Assembly: GCF_000143415.4 (NCBI RefSeq)
Contig: NW_003314274.1
Location: 1,127,788 to 1,191,787, forward strand
Direction: 5' to 3'
From: Selaginella moellendorffii
Taxonomy: Eukaryota; Plantae; Lycopodiophyta
Length of the DNA: 64,000 nt
Shown here: in pieces, positions 1 to 13,010 of the stretch
Numbering within the stretch: the first letter of the stretch is position 1
How the letters are laid out: each line of letters begins with the position of its first letter
Position numbers and translations under genes: made by a program
The notes under the pieces: model-generated
Told to the model about the DNA's origin: nothing
Database searches by the model: none
Seen by the model: the letters and a program-made list of their open reading frames with translations, nothing else

Positions 1-859
1 CTAGAAAATTATCCCAATCCGGGGTTCTTCCCACCAGACCGAGAACCAGCTGCGGCAAAGGATGCTTACTGCAGATGCTTGCAGATGACTGGCCTTTTCC
101 TCAGGCCCTATTTACTGTGCAGTTACTGCAACTAAGCCCTCCTGGCTAACACACCAAAAAATGTCAGGAAAAATACACGATAATAAAGAAAGACTGGAAA
201 GACTCCCCTAGGGCTTGTATTTTAGCAGTAACTACAAATCACTCATACTAAATGCACTGGGCCTGTAGTAACTCCTCTATGATCACGCATAAGTAACAGT
301 ACCACACTTGACCACAGGTTGGATAGGTAGTTGGAATTTGCTGCTCCTCTCGAATTCTCAGCTCCTCGATTGCGTGCCTTATCCGCATGTTGTTGGCGAT
401 GCAATCGGCAACAGGATCTCGACAACCTATGGGAGGTCCCACCATCTTCGAGCAGAAAGAACTCAAGAACCAGAGAGAGAAAACAAGAACAAGAACTGTA
501 AAAAAACTGAATGGCCATGCCTAATTTTCAAACTATCAAAAACTTAAACACCAACTAATAGTTGAGACTTTTTTAGTTAATAACTCTTCATCCACAACTT
601 TGATCGACTTGATTTCACCACTAAAGAACTTCCCTTGATAAGATCTTCAACTTTCAAATTCTCACTTCTGAAATCCATCTCTCTCTCTCTCTAGACAGAA
701 TATTCCCAGGAAGCTTCTTTAGCGAGCTTCTTCCCTTTTCACCTTTTTCTAGCCTGTACTCACAAAAGCAACCTCAAGTGTGAAAATACAACCATATATA
801 CAGTTGACAGGATTACATTACTCTGCTTTGCGATGGCCAAGAGAAGTTAAATGCATTGC

Positions 860-1727
860 GCTGGGATCGTTCAGAACACACACCTGAAGAACAGGAAAGG
901 AGAAACTAGATGACTGCCCTCGACTACTACTCTGACGTCGTAGTTAAGGCTTTGTCACTTGAAGCTGTTGATGCGCAGGGCATCCGAAATACCATGCAGC
1001 GGTATGAGCTGAGGTATGTTGTCTTTGGCCACGTAATAGTTCTCCTGCCATACTTCGCTTACTAAATTTTATGTGCAGAACACGTATACTTCATACTCGG
1101 CACCGCATCTGTGCTCAAGGGCTTTGTTCGCAATGGATCTTTTTGCACCAGCTATCTCCATGCAGTACATGCAGAAGCGGCTTTAGAGTGCTTGAAGGGC
1201 ACAGTCTATCGCTCACCAGAGTTCAAGAACAACCTTCTGCACAAACTCAAGAAAGCCAACGTGATTTGGCCGGAAGTGGGGTGGGCTTGCGAGGGTTTTG
1301 TCGGAGAGGCTATCCAGGCTATCGGGTTGAACTTCCAAGGGAACAAATCGAAGTGTTCAAGCTGGAGGCTTTAAAGGGTGAACCAGCAGTGATCAGGCCA
1401 TATCAATGGAAGCCGCACCAGGCAAGATACATGTTGCCTGGGAAGTACTCGTTCAAGTATGTCGATGGCATGCTAGCGTGGGTAAACGAGCAGCGAGTGT
1501 TACATATCCTTGCACTGCAGGTGACTGTTAGTCCGGAAACACACAGGAAGACAGAGTACAAGTTTGTGATGCAAGGAGAGGTTCAACGCTGGTATACTGG
1601 ACACCGCGTGGTGCACTATGTGTACATCTGCCCAGGCCCGACCAAGCGCGCAGCTGTTTCACACAGTGCAGAGGTAGCGTACACGACGCATGAGCTTGAG
1701 CTTTACCAACCTAATCGACATTCTTAA
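860..1727 (+). pseudogene. Crinkler/RHS (CR)-type effector remnant with C-terminal PD-(D/E)xK-like REase motif; frameshifted
   Basis: ORFs 1111-1374 and 1071-1727 appear to be one coding sequence split by a frameshift near 1350. The C-terminal YMLPGKYSFKYVDGMLAW...LALQVTVSPETH resembles the P..F..D...QxT...H pattern of CR-REase domains. A possible upstream exon ends at the GT donor near 1002. Confidence 0.45.
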
Positions 1728-2043
1728 GAAGCTGGGCAACCTGAGAAAGGTAGAAGTGGAACGAAGGAGAAAAGCACGTCTCATGTACCAGCGTGGCGAT
1801 CAAGCTAGTGTTAAGACCATTCCCCATGAGAAGCAGAAACTCTTGAAAAAGGCCTAGGAACAGCCCCACGGAGCCAGGGCATGGCTGGAAAACGAATGCC
1901 GGACCGAGCGCAAGTATGGTATTCGTGGGAAGCAGTACCCAAATGTGTACTCCCTCCTCTCCAGGCAATGACCGTCTAGTTTGATACTTCCAATCCAGAG
2001 ATTCTCATTTATTGTAAATTTTGCAAGTGAAAACACTAGCCAT

Positions 2044-3609
2044 TTAGCTATCGTTCAAGTATATGCCCGCGTACTTGGTGGTAAGATGGCCCAAATACAA
2101 CCCCGTATCCATAGGCTTGCCAGTGACCAGCTCCACCAGCTCCTCCGCAGTCTCATACACACTCCCAACCCTGTGGATCTTATCCCGGAGCCATTCTCTC
2201 AGTGGCAACAGCCTTCCCTCTCCAACTTGTTGCCGGAGCTCGCCACCCATATCCCTGTCCGCAGCATCAAAGATCTGGCACGCATAGATCGCTCCAATCA
2301 CGTAAGTTGGGAAGTAACCAAAAGCTCCCATCCCCCAGTGCACGTCTTGCAAGCACCCCTCGGCATCATCCTTTGGGGCAGCGCCAACGTACTCCTCCAT
2401 CTTGGCCTTCCAAACTCCCGGGATCTCCTGGACGCTCAAGCTCCCGTCAAACAGCCCCTTCTCGATCTCGTAGCGCAGCAGGACATGCAACGGATACGAG
2501 AGCTCGTCGGCGTCCACTCTGATCTGGAAGCCGGGCTTCACCACGTTGATCTGGCGGTAGAAATCCTTGTGGCTGATCCTCCCCAGCGAGCTCTCCAGCT
2601 CCGGAAAGGCCTCTACGACGCCGCGGCTCCAGTAGTGGCTCCAAAACTCGCGGCTCAGTCCCACGGATCTCTCCCACAGCAGCGACTGGGATTCGTGGAG
2701 TCCCAAGGTCGGGGGCCCGGAGGCTATGAGCCCGTTCTCCGAGGCCTCCAAGTCCCGGCCTTGCTCGTACAATCCATGCCCGGCCTCGTGGATCGTCGCT
2801 CCAATCCCAAACATCAAGTTGTCCTCGAGGTAGCGAGTGGTGAGGCGCACATCGGTCGGGCTGGAGACGGAAGTCGTCGAGGGGTGACCGCCAAAGTTGT
2901 CCAGCCTGCCATTCTCGAGCTTGAATCCCATCTCCCGGACGATCTTCTCGCCGAGCTTCTTCTGCGAATCCAGCGGGAACTTGAGCTCGCTCCAGCCTGG
3001 GATTGCCACGCTCTTGTTCTCGGCCACCACCTTTCGCAGCAGATCGATGAGCGGCTGCTTGATCGACGAGAACATGGCGTCGATCTTCTCGACCGTGGCG
3101 CCCCTCTCAAACTTGTCCAGGCAGTAGTCGTAGGGACGCATCTCCGGAGCCACCGCTGCCGCCTCCTCCTTGAGAGCCTCCAGCCATTCCTCGAGCGCCG
3201 GTGCCATGATCTGGAAATCGCTCGTCTCCCGAGCCTTGCTCCACGCATCGTAGCCGGAAGATCGCAGACCCGCCAATCTCACCTCTAGCTCCGTCGGCAT
3301 TCTCGTCGCGCGCGTGTAGTCCCTCCTCGCCTCCCTCACAGTCGCGGCCTCCATTGGCGAGAGCACAGCCCGCAGATCCGGATGCTTGTGGAGCGCATCC
3401 AGGCAATCCCCCAGCTCCTTGCTCGTCCTGCGCTCGTGGGCAACGAGCGCGAGGGTCTCCATCTGCTTCTTCCTGGCGCCATGGCCTCCTGCCGCGAGCA
3501 TTACCTCCTTGTCCCAGAAGAGGAGATTGCCCATTCCTCCCAGCGCCTCGATCTCTCCTAGGCGCTGCTTCAAGCTCTTCACCGCCTGCGTCGTCGACTC
3601 CATAGCCAT
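2044..3609 (-). CDS. M32 family metallocarboxypeptidase (carboxypeptidase Taq-like), intronless
   Basis: 521-aa ORF with HEAGHGLYEQG (HExxH), HESQS, IRVDADELSYPLHVLLRYEIE, GCLQDVHW and GYFPTY, all diagnostic M32 motifs. Confidence 0.95.
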   Translation of the reverse strand: MAMESTTQAVKSLKQRLGEIEALGGMGNLLFWDKEVMLAAGGHGARKKQMETLALVAHERRTSKELGDCLDALHKHPDLRAVLSPMEAATVREARRDYTRATRMPTELEVRLAGLRSSGYDAWSKARETSDFQIMAPALEEWLEALKEEAAAVAPEMRPYDYCLDKFERGATVEKIDAMFSSIKQPLIDLLRKVVAENKSVAIPGWSELKFPLDSQKKLGEKIVREMGFKLENGRLDNFGGHPSTTSVSSPTDVRLTTRYLEDNLMFGIGATIHEAGHGLYEQGRDLEASENGLIASGPPTLGLHESQSLLWERSVGLSREFWSHYWSRGVVEAFPELESSLGRISHKDFYRQINVVKPGFQIRVDADELSYPLHVLLRYEIEKGLFDGSLSVQEIPGVWKAKMEEYVGAAPKDDAEGCLQDVHWGMGAFGYFPTYVIGAIYACQIFDAADRDMGGELRQQVGEGRLLPLREWLRDKIHRVGSVYETAEELVELVTGKPMDTGLYLGHLTTKYAGIYLNDS

Positions 3610-4574
3610 GACGAATCTAAGAAAATTTTCAAGAAGCCTAAGAAACAGTCAATGGCTACCCAATTTACACAAGTAATAATATAATTGAAAACATGGAAAA
3701 GTTATAAACAAGGCTTGTTGTGGCATACCTGAAGGTGATTTCAATTGTGTTACTGATTATAATACAGCATTATGTGGTTGTGGATCACCGAGTGGTACTG
3801 TATGCAACAATCCAACTGAATATTTACTATTTGATGGCACTCATTTCACTCAGCGATTTTATGCAGTTTCTTCTAAACTCATTCCTAATTATATTATTCC
3901 AACTGTGAGTTTATTGCCCGGCTGTGGAGTACCAATGCCATCCTCATAAAACCGATTGATATAGATTCCTAATTTCAATATCTAATTTTTTTACTTTGTT
4001 TTTTGCGAATTTAACTTGTCGTTTTTCTGTTTTACGAATGCTACTGCCCATGAAGCGTTCGCTTGATTGAGAGAGAACAATGCGACACTGGAATGGATGC
4101 TAAATCTGAGATGTTACACAAGCAAGAATATGGTTGCATTGTTGTGAGGTCATCACCAGCAGCTGGAACTTGAGCCTCTTGCCACCATCTGTCGTGGTGG
4201 AAAGTCGCTCGGCATTATGGATCTCGCTCTTTTCTTCATTTTTGAAGCAGCTCGCATGAAACCTTAAAGTCACACTTTGGAGAAGTCCAAGCAGCTCATA
4301 TCCGAGGAGAATGACCAAGGAAAACAAGTCTCCCAGAGTTTCAGTCTCCGTCACCAGGTTGATGGAATTCCTGTTCAGTTTGGGAGGACGACCTCTCCAG
4401 TAGTCGGCCGGGTATCGTTTACCACGTCTTCTATCAAGATAATCCTCTGGACACAATCGAGCGCTGCGGGTGGCTAAGCTCGAGATGAGACGAACCTCTT
4501 TCAGAAATTGGTCTTTGTTTGAGAGCATCTAGTTCTATCAAGAGGTTTGCATAGCTCGGACGGAGGAATCACAC

Positions 4575-4671
4575 TTACGTACGCGATGGAAAAGAATTCC
4601 TAGTCGCATCTCCACAGCTGTTTACGTACGCGATGGAAAAGAATTCCTAGTCGCATCTCCACAGCTGTTTA
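4575..4671. repeat. Perfect 47-bp tandem duplication
   Basis: TTACGTACGCGATGGAAAAGAATTCCTAGTCGCATCTCCACAGCTGT occurs at 4575 and again at 4622. Confidence 0.95.
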
Positions 4672-5068
4672 TCTTGACACGGATGCTCAGTCAGCGCATC
4701 TGGTATAAGAATGATATTTGAAAAATATGCCTTCCAATGACTTGATGAGCTTGGGAGATAAACATCACTACCTTATGATCGATCTGGCAGAGCAAAGAAC
4801 GAGGAACGACTTTGCAGCATGCCATTTTATTCGTACTTGATTTGCTGGAGCATGTAGACCCCATCGATGCCGGAGAGACTTTTAAGATGGACCCGAGCAA
4901 CACCATCGCAAAGTTAAGGAAAAAAAAACCTGTATTTCATAACAAAAAATCTTCCACTCACGAACACTTTGGTCTCTACAAGCTCTCTGGCTATTGCCAC
5001 GAATCTCACCTTTGTACAGATAACAATTCATCCTATCCTATAAAATATGGAAAAGATAGAAGAAGAGC

Positions 5069-6156
5069 TCAGAAAAACTCACCACAATGCCTACCATCGC
5101 CTGTGCTCGTATTCCTGCTTGTTCCATTCATCTCTTGCGGCTGGCTGTTGCCTTGAGCTTCCTTGCGGCCAGTTGTTTGAGTAATTGTTGCTGGTTTTGG
5201 GCCTCCATACTCCTGATCCATCAAAACGTCAGCTTGAGATGCGAAAACCTTGAGCTCCATACCTGTCTTGTACGAGTTTTCTTGCCAGTGTCTCGAGTTC
5301 CTGGCACCGCTGTTCCTCCAGCTCGAAGAGGAAGGCTGATTGTAGCGATTCTCCCAGCCTCTACACCGCTGCCGGTCTTGGAAAGCATCTCTGTCACCGC
5401 TCCGCCATGGATTGGCTTGGAAAGCATCCCTGTCACTGCTTCGCCATGGATTTGGCTGAGAATGCTGCTGCTTCTCGGGACTGGGCGGGAGGTCCCATCC
5501 CGTCGGAGGCAACGTTACCTCTTCTCTTGACTCGTTCGCCTGCGCGTAGGTACTGTCGAGCTTTCGTCGGCCATACTTTCCACCCTTGCGACGAGTGTTG
5601 GCCCTGTTGTCCGCCTCGACGATAAAAGCCCAGGCCTCGGCAGCTTCCTTGGACAACTTGCCTGGTTTCGTGTTCCAATCGATCTTCTCGTTGAAAACGT
5701 CCGGCTTGAGAGACGGGACGTTGCATGGCAGGTTTAAGTCCCTGGCACGCTTACGTTCCCTTGAAAACTGTAGAGCCTCCAGAGCTCCAGAGTCGTCCCA
5801 CTGCATGACATTGTCAATCTCGGGAAGGTATAGAGCAGCAGAAGAAGCATCCCATCCCCACCAGTCGTCTGCCAAAACAGAAAAAACAAAGACCGATCAT
5901 CTCCGGATGCGAGAGAGAGAGAGAAAAATATCTAGGATCTAGAAGGACAACACAAACCATGATCATGAATCTAGCACGGGAAGGAAAAGAAATGTAGGCT
6001 TTGGCGATGAATCGTAGGAGGAAACCATCGAATTGGGGCATCTAATCTATAGAGCAAAAGAGGAGATTTAGGAGAATCGCTGGCGCTCATACCACTTTCC
6101 ACAGGCGCAGGGTAATCCGACCATCCTACCGCGTCCCCGGCGCTCTGATCCGCCAT
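5069..6156 (-). CDS. Conserved plant protein of unknown function (NVxQWDDSxxxEA...PC...IDWN motif), 2 exons
   Basis: Exon 1 6156-6093 (G|gtatga donor) joins in phase to exon 2 starting at 5868 (cag| acceptor). The motif NVMQWDDSGALEA...LPCNVPSLKPDVFNEKIDWN matches a plant family. Contains an internal repeat NPWRSxDRDAFQ x2. Confidence 0.7.
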
Positions 6157-6783
6157 TCCTGGCCCTGGCGGGGCATTCAGCTGCGCGGCACCGCCCTAGC
6201 GCCACCCCGCCGCTCCATCTCCTCAATAGGGCTAGAAAATGGAGAGGAAGAAGAGCTCCTCTTTGTTATAATCTCTTGTAAAACTTTCGTTGTAAATCTT
6301 TGTAAATCTTTCCTCGGTTTTTATCCGGTGGTCGCGTCAATGCGACACAGATTTTCTCATGGTACCATCCTTCTCCATCGAGTGGTGTGACAGGTGGCCA
6401 CGTGGCGGAAAAAAGCTAGGGCTTGAATGGTCAGCGGTCTCAGGTTCTAGTCTCGTGCTCGCCCACTGGCCGGCGTTAGGGTTCTTGGATCTTCTCTCTC
6501 TCTCCTCTCTCTCTCTCTCTCACGGTCAAGGTCAGCCGCTCCGGACGATCGATCGATCGCGTTCACGCGTTGTGCTACCGGTGGAGGAAGTGCGCGGGAT
6601 TCGGCGGTGAGTGCGAGTCCATGGATCGATTTGTCAAGACGGAGCTCGCGATTCCAATACTTTATCATTCTTGCGCCTTGGCGGCATGGGGGATGACGAT
6701 CGTCCACAGTATCGATCGTGCCGGGGACGGCTGGATTGTCTGCTTGTAGGGATCCACATTGGCGCCAGGATTTTGGGGCCGTC

Positions 6784-9211
6784 ATGGAGAATGGGACGCT
6801 CCTGGTGGACATCGCGCTCTCCATCCGTATGATCATTCATATGTGCGAGAGTGCCAAGTCGCAGCAGGGGAATTGCTTGGCCCTGGCAGCGCAGCTCCGG
6901 CTCCTCAAGCAGCTCTTTGATGAGCTCCGGCAGTCCAAGTTCCCGCTGTCCGACGCCACGATCGAGGCGTTTGGATCGCTCCAGTCGGCGCTCCAGGGGG
7001 CCAAGGAAGTTCTTGGGCAATGCAGCAAAGGAAGCAAGATCTACTCGGTAAGCTTCTCTTTGGGAAAGAAAATGGCACTGAAGTGTTTACTTTGGTTTGT
7101 CTCCTAGTTCTTGAAAAGTCCTCAATGTGTGGACCAGTTCCAAGAGCTGAGCGCGGAGATCGAGACCATCCTTTCGGCGTCGCGACTAGCTTTGCCGAGA
7201 GTATCGAAGCAAGTCCAGTGCATGGTACGCACAGCCATGCTCTCGACAATCTCAAACTTATATTTTTGCTTTGTTGTTTCTTGTGCAACTTCCAGGCGGA
7301 GAACTGTGTGCTCGAGTTAAGAAAGGCAAGTTACTCCAAGGACGTGCTCGAAGAACAGATAAGACAAGAGATCGAGGCGCTGCTGTGCGATCACAGGGAA
7401 GGGAGGAAGGCCAGTCGTGAGAAGCTGGACAAGCTAGCTGGGTGCCTGGGAATCACCACCAAGGAACAGATATCTGAAGAGCTCAACGCGTTAGAGAAGG
7501 ATCGAGGTGAGGCCGGGAGGAACAAAGACAAGCTGGAGGAAGAGTTTATCGACCAGGTGATATCACTCTTCATGCAGCTGGCCGAAGACAATTTCGACGA
7601 TGGGAATGTCAAGGGTGAGACGCAGTCACAGGAGGTGCAAATCCCGGCAGACTTTCGATGCCCTCTGTCGCTGGAGCTCATGTATGACCCCGTAATCGTG
7701 GCTTCCGGACAGACTTATGAGAGGGCCTACATTCAGCACTGGTTGGATCAAGGGAACACTCGGTGTCCCAAGACAGGAAAACCGTTGGCACATATCAATC
7801 TCATACCGAACTACACCGTTAAGGCGTTGATAGCGAGCTGGTGCCAGACAAACGACGTTCCTTTGCCGAAAGTGGATGCGGTCAAGTCTACAAACTGGCT
7901 GCCACCAACGTTTTCCGAGGCAGAAGAGGCACGTGAGGATACCTCGGTCATTCCCAGTGGTCTGGATACTGACTGTGAAGAACGTAGCTCGGACCACGGT
8001 AGCTCGACTGGTATTGTCAGTGGCCGCAGAAAAGACAAAGATGATGTTTATGAGAAAAGGATGCCGAGCGGGCCTGTGATGAGAGTGAGATCCTCCAGCA
8101 CGTACAGTAGCGAACTGTCTGGTGAAGTGGAGGCCCTGGGATTGTCACCGTCACGCAACAGTCCGGATCACTTTCCCATCTTTACGAGGCAAATGCAGTC
8201 GTCAAAGCAGAAAGAAAGGAAGAGCTATAAGAGCGTCTACGCAGGAGGTGATAAGGTAGCTGACGCTGGCATTGAACGGCTCGTTCAGAACCTGGCCTCT
8301 ACGGACTTGGAGGTGCAGAGAAGTGCCGCTTCTGAGTTACGTGTGATGACCAAGAACAGTATTGAGGACAGAAACAGGATCGCGCATGCAGGAGGCATCA
8401 CTCCCCTCATCGCTCTTCTTTCGTCCGGAGACGCACAGACTCAAGAGAACGCTGTAACCGCACTGCTGAACTTGTCTCTCAACGAGCACAACAAAGCCGA
8501 GATCGCCGAGGCTGGTGCGATTGACCCGCTGATTGACGTCCTCAAGTCTGGGACCAGTGACGCGAGAGAAAATGCGGCAGCCACGCTTTGCAGTATTTCT
8601 GTGGAAGACTACAAAGAAAAAATCGGTGCTCGTGGCGCCATACCTCCACTGGTCGACTTGCTGAGAACTGGCACCCCACGGGGGAAAAAAGACGCAGCAT
8701 TAGCGCTACACAACCTTTCCTTGTTCCGGGAGAACAAGGTGAGGATAGTAGCGGCAGGAGGAGTGAAGCCACTGATAAATCTCATCTGCGAGCCGAGGAT
8801 GGGAATGGTGGACAGGGCGGTTGACGTGCTGGTGACTCTGTCGAGCATTCCCGAGGGGAGAATGGCCATCGGTGAAGAGGGAGGGATTCCTCCGCTGGTG
8901 GAAGTTGTGGAAGCTGGCTCGCCGCTCGCCAAAGAACGCGCTGCGGCCGCGCTCTTGCAATTGTGCACCAACAATCCCAAGTACAGGAGGACGACTTTGC
9001 AAGAGGGTGCTCTTCCTCCGCTATATATTCTTTCACAAATTGGAACTTCTCGAGCAAAAGAAAAGGTCCGTCTTTCTTTTTCTTCTCTCTTTTCTTTTCT
9101 TCTTACTTTCCTTCTTTTCCTGTTTTGACTCTTTTCTAGGCCGCTGGTATCCTTCGTCTTTTCAGGGAGCAGCGTCAAGCAAGCATGAGCCGTAGGAATA
9201 GGCATATGTAG
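6784..9211 (+). CDS. Plant U-box/ARM-repeat E3 ubiquitin ligase (UND + U-box + ARM; PUB2/3/4-like)
   Basis: U-box IPADFRCPLSLELMYDPVIVASGQTYERAYIQHWLDQGNTRCPKT and ARM repeats (QENAVTALLNLS, GKKDAALALHNLS). Exons 6784-7047, 7108-~7224, ~7296-9065 and 9140-9211 with GT-AG junctions. Confidence 0.95.
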
Positions 9212-9294
9212 TGCCAATGACGCACAGGTACTACAATAGAACTTTTGCATCATGCACTTGTTTCCTCGGTTTTAATTTTCATCGAACGTTTTAG

Positions 9295-10569
9295 CTATTT
9301 CTTCTTCTTCGGTGGCTCAGCCTTTGGTGCCGCTGCTGGGGATAGCTCCTGAAACTTTTGTACGAGTGCTTGCTCTCGCTGGCTATACTCCTCCGCTAGC
9401 TGCTGCTTTGCCACCTCCATCTTCTCGCGGACTACAAACTCCACTGCTTCTTCGAGTGTCTCTGGCTTTCTCTTACGCTCTTCGGCCAGTCTCAAAGCTT
9501 CTGCCGCCGCCGCTGCCTCCGCTGCTGCCTGGGCTGCTGCGTCTTGTCTGGCTTTCTCTTCCGCTTCAGCTGCTGCCTTCGCTGCTGCCTTTGCTGCCTG
9601 CGAGAGAAACAGAAACAGTACTTTGGGTCTTTCTTTCTAAGTAGTATAGAAGGCTTCTTACGAGGGCAGCTTCGTATTCCTCGGTGATCAAGGACTCCGA
9701 CAAAGGTAAGACCAGAGCTGTTTCAATGTGCACAGTCTCTGACTTTGTTACATGGCAGTGCTCCTTGTTAAAGCAGTAGGCGTAGAGGAAGTAGTGCTGG
9801 AAAAATCTGGAGAGCCCTGGCTGGTAAGTTTCTGAAGTTTTAGTTTTCTTGTTCGTTAAAGCACTGTAGATATCGTTCATGAAGTTCATAATACTAACTT
9901 TGAGGTTGTGCTCACGTTGAGGTGAAAAACTCGGTTGCCTTTTGGACGTCCACTTGAGTGGTGAAGGACGGGTTCTCGTTCCCGCACTCGCGGCAGCTGA
10001 GAAACATCATCTTGTCCTGGAAAGCCGTCTGTGCCTCGTCAAACGAGCCGTTCCCTGCACTTCAGTCGAAGGTAAATCCTCTAGAAATTCGCTGCCATTT
10101 CTTACTCTTGACAATGTCTAGCATGTCCAGGCCCAGAGCATACAGCTGAAGAGTTTGGTCTGCGCTAAACCCAATCTCTTGCGAGAACCTGTTCCAGCCT
10201 TTTTATCCTTCTTTCTCGAAAAGGTAGGCACTTACATTATGATCCCCAGGCAATAATCGAGGACAAACGCATTCCTGGCTTTTATCTTGTAGTCGTCCAG
10301 CATGAGGATCGTGGCGAGACATCTGTGAATCAAGCACAGTGGATCAGCACTGACAGTTTGCTGATAGAAATAGAGGTAACTTTTCTTCTTCTTTTTGTTC
10401 TTTTTGGTTTTATCCTTTGTGAGACGCAGCGATTGAGTACTTGCGTTGCAGCCTCTTCGACGCTGCTAGATGCGAAGGCGAGCACCTGGTTGAGCTGGTC
10501 GAGCGAGAATTCGCGCGAAAACGATCCGACTTCCCGCGGCACTGCTGGAGTTTCTTCCGCGTTCTCCAT
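9295..10569 (-). CDS. CFAP119/CCDC189-like flagellar central-pair (C1a-32, CLAMP-type) protein, multi-exon
   Basis: Spliced product reads VLDYCLGII-FSQEIGFSADQT...FDEAQTAFQDKM...FFQHYFLYAYCF...PLSE followed by a C-terminal coiled coil. This matches the C1a-32 pattern (LDY, F..E..FS.EQ, F.HY.LY.Y.F). Confidence 0.7.
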
Positions 10570-10748
10570 TGGCGTGGTAAAAGGCCTAACCGCTGCCACG
10601 GTGGCGTGATCTTGGACGAACTTTAGCTTCCATGGAATAACGAGAGACCAAAACTCTTATTCTCTTTGGCTAGATTTTGGCGTCCCATTTCAGATTAATA
10701 GTTCCTGGGAGATGAGAGAGCGAGAGAGAAGGGGACAAAAAGAAAACA

Positions 10749-12155
10749 TCAAAACAACACAGGCACCGTCTTCTTTGTCACTCGGGCTTTTGGGGAAGGA
10801 TTTCCTCTTCCGGCTGCTTGTCGTGATTAAAGCGGACGACGATGCAGCTGACGTTGTCCATGCTTCCTTTTTTTATCGCTGCTTGCGTTAGTCTCTTGGC
10901 TGCCGACTCGGGATCCATCAGCGACTTGACAAGCATCACGGCTTCCTAAAGACAAAAAGAACCAGGTATACTTCAGACTTTTGGCCTGAAGGGATTGAAA
11001 CAAGAAAAGAAGAAGAACAAAACTCCACCTGATTCGTGACCACGTCCCATAGGCCGTCGCTGGCGATCACGAAAAACTCCACATCTTCCGTTATCACCTC
11101 CTCCTAAAATAAAGAGAGTTTAGAATCGACGACTTCCTAAAAACAGCTTCGAACCTTTATCTCTGGAATGGCAACAACGAATTGCTTCAAGAGCCTGTCT
11201 CCAAACGCTCGTGAAACTGCCAGGACGCCTCCCACACGCCAGGTGCCTATTAGCACACACATAAGCTGGCGTGTCAGAACAAAACACGCAAACCTACGTG
11301 TAAAAAAATGAAAAAAGTAGCCCCACTTACCAGCCCATGTTACAAATCCTCCCGCACTCTCAATCCGTTCCTTCTCGTCTAGTCTGCTTGGTTTGTGATC
11401 GATTGACAGCGGCACAGCTGAAGAATGAAACACATTTCCGAAAGATAAGAGAAAAGAAGAAGGAAAATAAAAAAAGAAAAGAGGAGAAAATGAAGTGATG
11501 ATCTTTACCTTCGCCAGCCCTGCTCATTACGGCTCTCGAGTCTCCAACATTGGCGACAATGAGCTGATTGCCAACCAGTAGTGCAGTGGAAGCCGTGGTT
11601 CCAGCGTCTCTGAACTGGTCCTTCTCGTCTTTTAGATAGTCATCGTCTGTTTGCTTGTAGGTGTCAGCTGCAGGAAAACAAGGACACACTTGGCACCTCA
11701 AGAGAAAGAAGATAAACGATCATCTACCGATTGCAAACTTGATGTCGCTCGTGAATTGAGGATGGCTGATCACATTCTGGAAGAGGTTCTTCTTTACAAA
11801 CTCGGCAGCTCGAGGCCCTCCGTGTCCTAGGACAACACCAAGCAAACTATGACATTACCACACGCTAGAAACAGCACACAAACACATAGCTCGTACCGTC
11901 AAACACTCCAAAGAGTCCGACTTCCTGACCATCAACTTTGGCTATCCTGGCTTCAATGAAATCCTCCATCGACGCCCTTTTCCCGCACTGCCCGCAGTAC
12001 CCAAACGAGAAACGTCTATCTTCACTGAACAACAAGAACCAGAGTTTAGTTTCCTAGACCAAAAAAAACAACAGAAAAACACAAAAAGAAATAATAGAAG
12101 AAAGAGAGTACCTGAAGCCACCGCCACTGAAATTCTCCTTCCAAGGCCCATTCAT
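10749..12155 (-). CDS. Protein phosphatase 2C (clade F, WIN2/PP2C59-like), multi-exon
   Basis: Exons encode [64 protein letters not shown] and [11 protein letters not shown]. The start may extend upstream. Confidence 0.95.
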
Positions 12156-13010
12156 GATGCGAGAGGACGAGTTTCTCAACTCAAGCTGTCATAATCCCAA
12201 AAGAATGCTCTCCCTGCATATATACGTTTTTTTTTCACGACCATCGAATCAGAGGCTCTACACTGCCGCTGCTCGCATTCTCACGAAAAATCCCTCTCAG
12301 CACCTTCCACGATAACTTCCATAATTCTCTTTGAAGAACAAAATAAGAACCAACAGAGAACCAAGACGAGGAAAAAAAAAATGAATAGATAAAAAAAAAC
12401 TTGGCGAAGAAGCACCAAACCAAAAGAAAGAAACGCTAGAAACGCGCAAGCAACGCTCTTGCTCCTCTTGCTACAGACCTAATCTCCAGCCATGGCGATT
12501 TCTAGGGCCACATACCTCGAAATTGAGCTGACTAGGGCTCTTGCCGCGGGGAAATCCGAGCGAGAATGGATTGGATCACAACACTCTCGATCTAAGCCCG
12601 CGAATCGCCCGGCACCGCATTGCGCTTGCGTCCTCTTGCTCCACTCGAGGCAGGCGAACAAGGGAGGAAAAGAATGGGGGAAGCGAAGATAGAAGAGAAG
12701 GAAAAAAAGAATTAACACACACTACCTATACATCTACGAATACAATGTATATCCAGCCATGGTTTCCAGTTTAATCCCCACCGACACGTGGCGGTATTTC
12801 CAGGTGGACCCTCTCACGAAACTTCCATGAAAGGATTACAGCAATCCAAAAAATCATGGCATCCATCTCTCTCGAAACTTCACACCCAAAAGAATATAAA
12901 ATTTACAGCAATCTTCTCGCCAGCATTTTTTCTCCCTGTTCTTCGATCGATTCGTCATTCTATCAGCTTTGATCTTCTCGTCTCGCAAGTTTCTGAGCAG
13001 CGCCACACCA

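Noticed and set aside
1-600. Possible minus-strand exons at the window start
   Set aside because: No consistent frame or identifiable product.
1981-3288. 435-aa + strand ORF
   Set aside because: Antisense shadow of the GC-rich M32 gene; no recognisable motifs.
4100-4528. 142-aa minus-strand ORF
   Set aside because: No recognisable motif or splice support, so it cannot be called.
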